This document shows positions 21,911 through 29,600 of a stretch of DNA of 64,000 nt, piece after piece. Position 1 is the stretch's first letter, and the number at the start of each line of letters is the position of its first letter. Under the pieces are notes generated by a model. That model had not been told where the DNA came from. It did no database searches and worked only from the letters and a program-made list of their open reading frames with translations. Location of the stretch: NCBI GenBank assembly GCA_965213925.1, contig OZ243927.1:160001-224000 (forward strand), written 5' to 3'. The position numbers and the translations under genes are program-made. This stretch comes from Trueperaceae bacterium. GTDB taxonomy: Bacteria; Deinococcota; Deinococci; Deinococcales; Trueperaceae.

Positions 21911-23773
21911 ATGACCTCTAAAAACAACAACGAAACCCCTATCGGCATGGTTTTAGGCACCGAAGACGCCACCCCTCTTCAATTCTGGATTGCTGTCGAG
22001 GACGGCGTCAAAATTCAACTCGACGACATCCTCACTGTCAAGGTGCAAGACCCCTCGGACGAGGACGAAGCCGTGACCTTTTACGGCGTGGTGGACGAGG
22101 TGCGCCGCCGCTTTGAGGGCGTGCAGTTCGACGGGGACACCGCGCTCGTCACGCAAGGGCTCATGCCCGCCAATATTGCGTATGCGGCGCATATTCTCGT
22201 CACCCGCGTCGAACCCGAAGACTTCATCCCACCCGGTCCCGGCGATTTGGTCTACATGGCGACGGATGCGGCGCTAGAAAAAGCCCTCTACCTCGACAAC
22301 ATGGACGCGCCCCTCCCCGCAGGCGTCCTGCGCAACGGCGAGCCCGGTTACCTCAACTACGACTTCATCAGCGGGCAAAAGGGCGCACACATCAACATCT
22401 CGGGCATCTCGGGCATCGCCACGAAGACCTCTTACGCGCTCTTTTTGCTCTACAGCATCTTCAACGCCCAGCACCGCGAGCGCGGCGGCAGCCTCCTCAC
22501 GAACCCGAACGCGACCAAAGCCATCATCTTCAACGTCAAGGGCGAAGACCTGCTCTTTTTGGACAAGGAGAACAAGGACTTTGTCGAGACGGAGCGGAAG
22601 TGGCAGGAGAAGCGCAAGAGCGCGGAGACCCGTTTTCAAATCTGTGATTTGCCTGTCGGTCCCTTTCCGAGCGTCGCCCTACACGCGCCCGCGAGGGAGG
22701 GGAGCACCCTCCGCGCCGACGTGGAGACCCGCGAGGGCGTCTCTCCATACCTCTGGACCCTGCGCGACTTCGCCGCCGAGCGGATGCTGCCTTTCGTTCT
22801 GACAGACCGCGACGCGATGACGAACCTGGGCTTTCTGGTCAGCCACTTGGAGGAAAAGCTCGCCAAGCTCGCCGAAAAGCAGCGTGGACCTTATCTCGAG
22901 GTTGCCGACGAAGACACCGGCTACCGCCCTGGTGAAGAACAAATCGGGCGCATCAGCGAAACGGACGCGCTCGGGGCGGAGGACTTCATGACCTCTTCGC
23001 ATAAACCTCGTTTGACGACCTTTTTGGAGCTGGTGGACTACATCGAGTACAAGCTACTGCTCGAGGGAGCCGAAGACGAGGAGAGCAGCAAAGGCGGCAA
23101 CCGCGCCTGGACCGCCAACCAAGCCAAAGCGACCCGCGAAGCCTTCATCCGCCGCTTGCGCGGGGCGTCCAAGCATTTGCGCCACCTCATTCGCGGCGAC
23201 TTGTCCCAAAAAGAGGTCAGCCGCAGCCGCCTCGACATCTTGAACAGTGAAAAACAAGTTCACGTCGTGGACATCCACAACCTCGCGCCCTTAGCGCAGA
23301 TGTTCGTCGTCGGCGTCCTCTTAAAGCAGGTCTTCGGCGTGCAGGAGTCGCGCAACAGCAAGGGTCAGGTTTTCGTCGTCTTAGACGAACTGAACAAGTA
23401 CGCGCCCGCCGAGGGGGACAGCCCCATCAAGGACGTGCTCTTAGACATCGCCGAGCGCGGGCGCAGCATGGGCATCGTCCTCATCGGGGCGCAGCAGACC
23501 GCCTCCGAAGTGGAGCGCCGCATCGTCGCCAACGCCGCCGTGCGCATCGTCGGACGCCTGGACGCCGCCGAGTCCGAACGCAGTGAATACCGCTTCATGC
23601 CCGCCACCTTCCGCCTCCGCTCCACCATTCTCGCCCCCGGCACGATGGTGGTGCACCAGCCCGACGTGCCGAGCCCGATGATGCTCAGTTTTCCTTTTCC
23701 GGCGTGGGCGACGCGGAGGAAAGAGGTATTGGAGGAGGTGGGGGATGAGGAGGCGTTGGATGTGTTGGGGTGA
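21911..23773 (+). CDS. herA: HerA/FtsK-superfamily ATPase
   Basis: HINISGISGIATKTS, FVVLDELNKYAP, DIAERGRSMG. Confidence 0.9.
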   Translation: MTSKNNNETPIGMVLGTEDATPLQFWIAVEDGVKIQLDDILTVKVQDPSDEDEAVTFYGVVDEVRRRFEGVQFDGDTALVTQGLMPANIAYAAHILVTRVEPEDFIPPGPGDLVYMATDAALEKALYLDNMDAPLPAGVLRNGEPGYLNYDFISGQKGAHINISGISGIATKTSYALFLLYSIFNAQHRERGGSLLTNPNATKAIIFNVKGEDLLFLDKENKDFVETERKWQEKRKSAETRFQICDLPVGPFPSVALHAPAREGSTLRADVETREGVSPYLWTLRDFAAERMLPFVLTDRDAMTNLGFLVSHLEEKLAKLAEKQRGPYLEVADEDTGYRPGEEQIGRISETDALGAEDFMTSSHKPRLTTFLELVDYIEYKLLLEGAEDEESSKGGNRAWTANQAKATREAFIRRLRGASKHLRHLIRGDLSQKEVSRSRLDILNSEKQVHVVDIHNLAPLAQMFVVGVLLKQVFGVQESRNSKGQVFVVLDELNKYAPAEGDSPIKDVLLDIAERGRSMGIVLIGAQQTASEVERRIVANAAVRIVGRLDAAESERSEYRFMPATFRLRSTILAPGTMVVHQPDVPSPMMLSFPFPAWATRRKEVLEEVGDEEALDVLG

Positions 23774-23865
23774 AGTAGAAGATGAAAAATTTAGTTTGTG
23801 TTGCAGACTTGCTTTGTTAGCAAAATCATGGATTAGTAATTGTCAAGTAGATAAGGCTTCTTTCC

Positions 23866-24747
23866 ATGTTTGAAAATTTTGATTTCAGTTTGTTGGATGA
23901 TGAAAACTTTAAGGAAGACTCCGTAAGAGAAGAGATTATTGTTCCTATTGTTAAGCGGTTAGGTTATAGCGCATCTGGAGAAAACAAGATTATACGTAGC
24001 AAAGCATTATCACACCCTTATTTATCAATAGGTTCACAGCGAAAAAAACTGTCACTTGTTCCTGATTATCTTTTTTTAGTAGATGGGAAGCCTTATTGGG
24101 TACTAGATGCTAAATCTCCGAAGGAAAACTTGCTAAAAAGCAAGCACGTTGAGCAAACTTACAGCTATGCTATCCACCCTGAGGTGAGGGCAAGATTCTA
24201 TGCCTTGTGCAACGGTAAAGAGTTTCTACTGTACGAAATCAACAGGTTCCACCCAGTTTTACATTTTTTAGTTAGCGATATACAAGAGCATTGGGAGCAC
24301 CTCTTTAGAATTCTCCATCCTAGATATTTAGCACATACAGAAGTGGTTGAGTATCAACCAGATTATGGCTTACATCTACAGAGGTTAGGCTTTGAAACAG
24401 GTTTTAGGCTCATGCAAATGCGTATCCACACAGATTTCTTCGGTAAAATTGCTGATAATCAATACACAACTATTACAGCAACTGAATGGGAAGGACAACT
24501 TTACGCAGTTTCTTTGGATTTTGACGAGTCCCAACTCAAGCAGCTTATAGAAATACTGCCTGAGAATTTGGCTAAAGACTTAGTGAACGTTCTAATGCGC
24601 CAGCCTTTTTATACTACGCCGAACCAAAAAGAATTTCGATTCGGTGCTATTGCTGATCTCGGTAGCTTGATTCATAACAATGCTGAAGAATCTTACAGAC
24701 CATTTGAGGTTGTTGAATTTTTACCTTACTTGATTGATGAGTCTTAG
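23866..24747 (+). CDS. Stand-alone HsdR-N-type (PD-D/ExK) restriction endonuclease-like protein
   Basis: KEDSVREEII, VPDYLF..VLDAKSP, EQTYSYA, FYALCNG; visibly AT-rich. Confidence 0.75.
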   Translation: MFENFDFSLLDDENFKEDSVREEIIVPIVKRLGYSASGENKIIRSKALSHPYLSIGSQRKKLSLVPDYLFLVDGKPYWVLDAKSPKENLLKSKHVEQTYSYAIHPEVRARFYALCNGKEFLLYEINRFHPVLHFLVSDIQEHWEHLFRILHPRYLAHTEVVEYQPDYGLHLQRLGFETGFRLMQMRIHTDFFGKIADNQYTTITATEWEGQLYAVSLDFDESQLKQLIEILPENLAKDLVNVLMRQPFYTTPNQKEFRFGAIADLGSLIHNNAEESYRPFEVVEFLPYLIDES

Positions 24748-24757
24748 ATGCCTAAGT

Positions 24758-24777
24758 GTGCGTTATACTATACGCAC
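24758..24777 (+). promoter_or_regulatory. Palindromic operator overlapping -10 (TATACT) of the yefM remnant
   Basis: GTGCGT-TATACTAT-ACGCAC. Confidence 0.5.
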
Positions 24778-24779
24778 GT

Positions 24780-25005
24780 AAATCCTCAACCACACCACAG
24801 CCTGTAAGAACCTAGCTAACACCATAGATGAGGTCATAGACGACCACACCCCCTCCTCATCACCAAAGGCAGCGACAAGGCTGTGGTCATGATGAGCTTG
24901 GACGACTAGAACGCTTGGCAAGAGACGATGCTCTTGCTGCGCAGCCCCGCCAACGCCGAACGCCTCTTAGAAGCGACTCGAGACTTTGAGAAGAGAAAAT
25001 CTAAC
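24780..25005 (+). pseudogene. yefM: YefM/Phd antitoxin pseudogene
   Basis: KNLANTIDEVIDDHTP/LLITKGSDKAVVMMSLDD*NAWQETMLLLRSPANAERLLEA; lost start, frameshift, internal TAG. Confidence 0.85.
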
Positions 25006-25006
25006 T

Positions 25007-25048
25007 GAGCTGCATATCGTGGCGTTGCGGTATCACGACTCGAGCTAA
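25007..25048 (+). repeat. yoeB 3'-end repeat, copy 1
   Basis: gagctgcatatcgtggcgttgcggtatcacgactcgagctaa = ELHIVALRYHDSS*. Confidence 0.85.
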
Positions 25049-25089
25049 TGACCTCTTCCGTCTGATGTTTTATGCGCTAGAATACCCAC

Positions 25090-25326
25090 GTGCCTACGGT
25101 CTTACGCATCGGACCCTACAGATTTTTCTTCTACGCGAACGAAAATGACGAACCTGCTCATATCCACATTCAGCGAGACCGTGCCCTAGCGAAGTTTTGG
25201 CTTAGACCTGTTTCGTATGCTAGCAGTACGGGTTTCTCAGCTCGCGAGTTGTCCAAATTGCGTAAACTTGTAGAGGAGAACCGAACGACCCTCGAGGAGA
25301 CTTGGAATGACTTCTTTAGCCGCTAA
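25090..25326 (+). CDS. DUF4160-family protein (putative TA component)
   Basis: MPTVLRIGPYRFFFYANENDEPAHIHI..AKFWL. Confidence 0.85.
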   Translation: MPTVLRIGPYRFFFYANENDEPAHIHIQRDRALAKFWLRPVSYASSTGFSARELSKLRKLVEENRTTLEETWNDFFSR

Positions 25327-25573
25327 TCTTGTCCTTGCTGACGCTGTCGAATGTACAGACGACGAAATTATCGTTTCTTTATCCGATGGGCGTAGCTTGT
25401 CTGTTCCTATCGTCTGGTTTCCCCGCTTAGCGAACGCGAGCCCTGCGGAGCGTGCCGATTATGAACTTTTAGGTCGCGGCGAGGGTATCCACTGGGCGCA
25501 GGTGGATGAAGATATCTCAGTCGCTGGACTTTTAGCGGGCAAGCCTTCCGTTGAGTTTAGGCAGAGCAACTAG
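25307..25573 (+). CDS. DUF2442-family protein (partner of DUF4160)
   Basis: LSDGRSLSVPIVWFPRL..GIHWAQVDEDISVAGLL. Confidence 0.85.
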   Translation: MTSLAANLVLADAVECTDDEIIVSLSDGRSLSVPIVWFPRLANASPAERADYELLGRGEGIHWAQVDEDISVAGLLAGKPSVEFRQSN

Positions 25574-25576
25574 ATT

Positions 25577-25634
25577 TGCCGTGTTCGAGGAGATAAGCTC
25601 GCGTACTGTGGCGTTGCGGTATCACGACTCGAGC
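25577..25634 (+). repeat. yoeB 3'-end repeat, copy 2
   Basis: tgccgtgttcgaggagataagctcgcgtactgtggcgttgcggtatcacgactcgagc aligns to 27575-27631. Confidence 0.85.
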
Positions 25635-25774
25635 CGACCTCCGTTCGCAAAAGATGGTGTAGAACACTTTATGGGTTTCTCGAGTAGATAGCAGAAGGTT
25701 TCTCGAGCCCCTATAAGTGCGTAACTCTCATCTGCATACGGCGTATTCGAGACTCTTGTAGAATCAAAGAACAG

Positions 25775-27478
25775 ATGGCAACGGTTCTTCTCAACACAAG
25801 TACGGCTACCTTGAATGAACTCATCAGCAACGGGCGCGTGTTTAGGGTTCCGCCGTTCCAGCGTGACTACTCTTGGACAGAAGAAGAGTGGGAGGACTTA
25901 TGGCTTGATATTCTGGAGGTGTCAAGGGAGGAAGAGCCTTTTCACTATATGGGCTATGTGGTTTTGCAAAGCGACGGCAGTCGCAACCTCACGATTATTG
26001 ATGGACAGCAGCGAATTACAACGCTCAGTATTTTAGTGTTAGCGGTTATCAAATTGTTGGAAGATTGGGCAGAAGAAGGGGTGTTGCCAGAGGAAAATAG
26101 GTAGCGCCAAAAGCTTTTGAGAGATAGATTTATCGGTCAAACTGACCCCTCTTCGCTCATCTCTGTCAGCAAACTCTTTCTTAACCGAAACAACGATGAC
26201 TTCTATAAAAGCCGACTGTTACGCCTGCGCCCACCTAACAATATACGGAAGCTCAAGCCCTCGCAAAAGCTGCTTTGGGGAGCATTCGAGTATTTCTATA
26301 GACAGCTTAAAGATAGGTTTAAGGACCAGAAAGATGGTGCTGCGCTCACACGATTTCTGAACGAGACGGTTGCGGATAACCTCTTATTTACTACAATTAC
26401 GGTTGCCGATGACCTCAACGCTTATAAAGTTTTCGAAACTTTGAATGCCAGGGGTGTACGCCTTTCGACAACAGACCTTCTCAAAAATTTTCTCTTCTCT
26501 ATTGCCGCTAAAGGGGGCGAAGCAGAGCTTGATGAGGCAGAGAGGCAGTGGCAAAGTATCAATGATAGCCTAAGCGCAAGAGATTTCCCTACATTTTTAC
26601 GTTACTACTGGAACTCGAAACATTCCTTTCAGCGGAAGCAAACACTTTTTAAGGCTATAAAGTCAACGATTACGACCTCAGAGGGCGTTTTTAGCCTCAA
26701 CGATTTAGAAGACCTCGTGGAAGTCTACGCCGCGCTATCTCAACCTGCTGATGACCTTTGGGAGAAAGAGCAAGTCAAGTGGATAGACGCGCTTTCTCTT
26801 TTCAAGGTTAAGCAGTGCTATCCGCTTCTTCTTGCTGCATATAGAAAGCTTGATGCCCAAGAATTTACTAAACTACTAAGGTTATGCGTTGCTATCTCTT
26901 TTCGTTACAATGTTATCAGTGGATTGAATCCAAATACTCTCGAGGATGTCTATCATAGAGCAGCGATTAAGGTAAACTCTGGTCAAGTATCAAATGCTAT
27001 AGGCGTTTCTACGGAACTTAGAACAATCTATATAGATGACGAGCGATTCAAAAGCGCTTTTTCGCTAAAGACTCTACCTGTACAACGTAACCGGAAGCTT
27101 GTGCGTTACATCCTTTTCGAGCTTGAAAATCAGCTTGCTACGGCAGGGTACGACTATAAAGAAGATACTAAAGCGACTATAGAGCATATCTTACCCGAGA
27201 ATGCTCCCGAAGCGTGGGATACCTTTTTCTCACCAGAAGAGCAAGATAAAGCAACGGAAAGGTTGGGCAACCTCACTCTGCTTGAAGCACAGAAAAACAA
27301 GGAATGTGCTGACAAACTCTATGAGCAAAAACTGCCTATTTACGAAACAAGCATCTATAAGCTGACAAGCGAAAGAAGCACTTTTAGCGAATGGACACCA
27401 ACAACTTTGAAGAGCAGGCAAGAGAGATTAGCTGACTTAGCTGCAACGGTTTGGAAATCTCCCTTCAATACAAGATGA
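25775..27478 (+). pseudogene. DUF262/DUF1524 (GmrSD-like) nuclease with one in-frame TAG at 26102-26104
   Basis: VPPFQRDYSW, IIDGQQRITT, FETLNARG, TIEHILP, LGNLTLL; the two ORFs are in the same frame, 12 nt apart. Confidence 0.88.
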
Positions 27479-27631
27479 GCGTCCCCATACGAGGGGCTAG
27501 GCAAACCCGAAGCGCTCAAACACAACCTCTCCGGCTGGTGGTCACGGCGCATCACAGACGAACACCGGATGGTTTACCGCGTTCAAGGGGATGAATTTCA
27601 TATCGTGGCGTTGCAGTATCATGACTCGAGC
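27479..27631 (+). pseudogene. yoeB: YoeB/Txe toxin 3' half (repeat copy 3, longest)
   Basis: PYEGLGKPEALKHNLSGWWSRRITDEHRMVYRVQGDEFHIVALQYHDSS; begins directly after the GmrSD stop. Confidence 0.92.
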
Positions 27632-27686
27632 CAACCCTCAAACCTAGCTCGAGTCCACACTTCAAAAGTTTTCAGCCCTATTCGCC

Positions 27687-27869
27687 CTAAAAGTCGAAGT
27701 CTATCTCTTCGCCAGTATCCTCTAAAGACGCTAGAATCTCCGCGCTGACCTCATGACGCTCCCACCATGCCGTAACCTCATCATCTGACATGAGGTCGAA
27801 GTTCGGCAAATCTTCAGGGTCGGTGATGACCTTGTGGTGCGTATCGCGGCGGTTGAGAACGTCACTCAT
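27687..27869 (-). CDS. Short BrnA/CopG-type antitoxin-like protein
   Basis: LPNFDLMSDDEVTAWWERHE; overlaps BrnT-like stop. Confidence 0.6.
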   Translation of the reverse strand: MSDVLNRRDTHHKVITDPEDLPNFDLMSDDEVTAWWERHEVSAEILASLEDTGEEIDFDF

Positions 27870-28153
27870 TGTTGTCTATTATAGCTGATTCGGTCTTGCT
27901 TGAACGCATCGAGTGAGGTCTTGAGGTAGGCTGACCCATCCGATTTGTGGATAACGATAGACCTCAAAAGCCTATCTGTGTAGGTCAGTCCTATATACAA
28001 GTAGGTAATCTCTTTCGCCTTACGGTTGCGTTTAACGAGGAAGCGGCGCAGGTTGGGATCATCTAGCGCCTCGCGAACCTCATCAGGTAGAACGCGGTGC
28101 TTCGTCCAAATTTTATCTTCAATGCTCGGCGCAATCGTCAGTTCGAACGGCAC
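27866..28153 (-). CDS. BrnT-like toxin
   Basis: IEDKIWTKHRVLPDEVREAL..YIGLTYTDRLL. Confidence 0.65.
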   Translation of the reverse strand: MPFELTIAPSIEDKIWTKHRVLPDEVREALDDPNLRRFLVKRNRKAKEITYLYIGLTYTDRLLRSIVIHKSDGSAYLKTSLDAFKQDRISYNRQQ

Positions 28154-28216
28154 GGTTTAGACATACCATGTGCTGCGCGGCTCTGACAATCTTGAATGCT
28201 TGCTCGAGACCGTCAG

Positions 28217-28254
28217 GAATTTCCGCTGCTTTGCGCGATTACGACTCGAGCCAA
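28217..28254 (+). repeat. yoeB 3'-end repeat, copy 4 (degenerate)
   Basis: gaatttccgctgctttgcgcgattacgactcgagccaa. Confidence 0.65.
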
Positions 28255-28285
28255 TCCCTCCAACCCTCAGTGCTACAATGTCCCT

Positions 28286-28519
28286 ATGCAAAAACCGCTT
28301 GACACCCTTACGAGTGACGCGCTAACGCTCCCGGAAGACCAGCGTCTCACGCTTGCCCACCGTTTGCTGAGCAGCCTCGAGCCACAAGAAGCTAAAGAGG
28401 TTGAAGCGGCGTGGGACGCTGAGATTAGGCGTCGCACTCGGGCTTACGACGGAGGAGATGTGCAGAGTCTTTCTGCCTCTCAGGTCTTTCAAGAGGTGGA
28501 TGAACGCTTAGCCAAATGA
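28286..28519 (+). CDS. Addiction-module antitoxin
   Basis: ALTLPEDQRLTLAHRLLSSL..VEAAWDAEIRRR; TACAAT 6 nt before ATG. Confidence 0.85.
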   Translation: MQKPLDTLTSDALTLPEDQRLTLAHRLLSSLEPQEAKEVEAAWDAEIRRRTRAYDGGDVQSLSASQVFQEVDERLAK

Positions 28520-28810
28520 CGCCCCAAGTTCCTAGGCGAAGCGCGAGATGAATTTTTAGAGGCTGCAACCTGTTACGAGGAGAAAGAGGCAGGGCTCGGC
28601 GTCCGGTTTCGAGATGAGGTGGTCAGGGTCTGTGCGAGCATCCTCGCAGACCCGCTACTCTGGCGCGAACGTGAAGGCGGTTATCGGCGAGTCAACTGTC
28701 CAGTTTTCCCTTTTCATGTCGCTTATTTCATTCGTGAAGAGCGTGTCATCGTCGCCGCTATAGCGCATGGTCATCGCAAGCCGAACTATTGGCGAGAACG
28801 GCTTGAGTAA
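28516..28810 (+). pseudogene. RelE/ParE toxin with +1 frameshift after codon 3
   Basis: ATGACGCCCC then KFLGEARDEFLEAATCYEEKEAGLG..YRRVNCPVFPF..IAHGHRKPNYW. Confidence 0.82.
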
Positions 28811-28811
28811 A

Positions 28812-28847
28812 GATATTGTAGCGTTGCGCTATCATTACTCGAGCTAA
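28812..28847 (+). repeat. yoeB 3'-end repeat, copy 5
   Basis: gatattgtagcgttgcgctatcattactcgagctaa = DIVALRYHYSS*. Confidence 0.85.
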
Positions 28848-28875
28848 CTATCAAATCCCTGCGTGCTAAAATTTA

Positions 28876-29140
28876 ATGATGACACGCGAAGAGGTCTACC
28901 ACACCGACCCTGAGACTTTAGGCGGCACGCCCGTCTTTATAGGGATACGTGTGCCGGTCCAGACCTTGCTCGATTACCTCGAGGGCGGCGACACCCTGGA
29001 TGATTCTTGGACGGTTTTCCCGGTGTGAGCCGTGAGCAGGCGGTCTCTTTTCTCGAGCTGGCAAAGGACGCTCTCTTAGCGGCGTGAAAGAGATGTTGTA
29101 GGGCGAAACTGTAGACCGGAAGACGCAACGCTTGTTTTGG
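28876..29140 (+). pseudogene. DUF433 antitoxin-like gene (frameshifted) plus a trace of its PIN-like partner
   Basis: DPETLGGTPVFIGIRVPVQTLLDYLEGG../FLDGFPGVSREQA; followed by degenerate VKEML*GETVDRK. Confidence 0.78.
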
Positions 29141-29192
29141 TTTATTTTTCATGGGACAACAGCAAGCATAGAAGCGTGGCGAGACACTTCTT

Positions 29193-29295
29193 ATACGAAA
29201 TTGCACAGTTTACTTACCCTAGCTGAGGGCGTTAGAGCTTACCATCATAGATGGGCACGGCTTAGTTTTGCAAACTAAGCCGTGCAACCTCGTAT
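29193..29295 (+). repeat. ~103-bp MITE-like family A, copy 1
   Basis: ATACGAAATTGCAC..GTGCAACCTCGTAT; near-identical to 32303-32405 and (reverse) 53603-53704. Confidence 0.9.
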
Positions 29296-29296
29296 T

Positions 29297-29430
29297 ATAC
29301 CCTTTCCGGTTAAATACGAAATTTATCTCGTATTTAACCCGAGCGAATGCGAGTAGAAACCGCTACGGATTCCGGTGAGTAACGGAAAAATGCGGATGCA
29401 TTTTGTAGTGGATTCATCCGGAATCCGTAT
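29297..29430. repeat. Deinococcus-type small non-coding repeat
   Basis: Hairpin GGTTAAATACGA..TCGTATTTAACC, CCGAGCGAATGCGAGTAG, ends CGGAATCCGTAT; resembles Deinococcus intergenic repeats (from memory). Confidence 0.6.
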
Positions 29431-29469
29431 TAGCCGTCAACTTGTAGCGGAGAGCGTTTCCGCACATTA

Positions 29470-29504
29470 AGGAAGCCCCGCTCGAGCCTCGAGCGGGGCT
29501 TCCT
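29470..29504. terminator. Strong hairpin downstream of rpsA
   Basis: AGGAAGCCCCGCTCGAG-C-CTCGAGCGGGGCTTCCT. Confidence 0.7.
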
Positions 29505-29600
29505 GTTACTTGGCTTGTTGCACGCAACTGTTATCTCACAATATGCGTACCGGTCAAGGGTTTGCTCAGTTTAGCGCGTCCATGACCAGGAATACCTCAT

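Noticed and set aside
20776..23773. NurA-HerA as a HerA-type anti-phage system
   Set aside because: Host-like composition and resemblance to the housekeeping Deinococcus-Thermus pair; no Sir2 or DUF4297 partner.
25007..28847. Repeats as a CRISPR array
   Set aside because: Spacing is 0.55-2 kb with whole genes between copies, the repeat encodes a YoeB C-terminus, and there are no cas genes.
25007..28847. Repeats as integron attC sites
   Set aside because: GCYAAC-like ends exist, but I found no paired GTTRRRY box or long imperfect hairpin, and no IntI.
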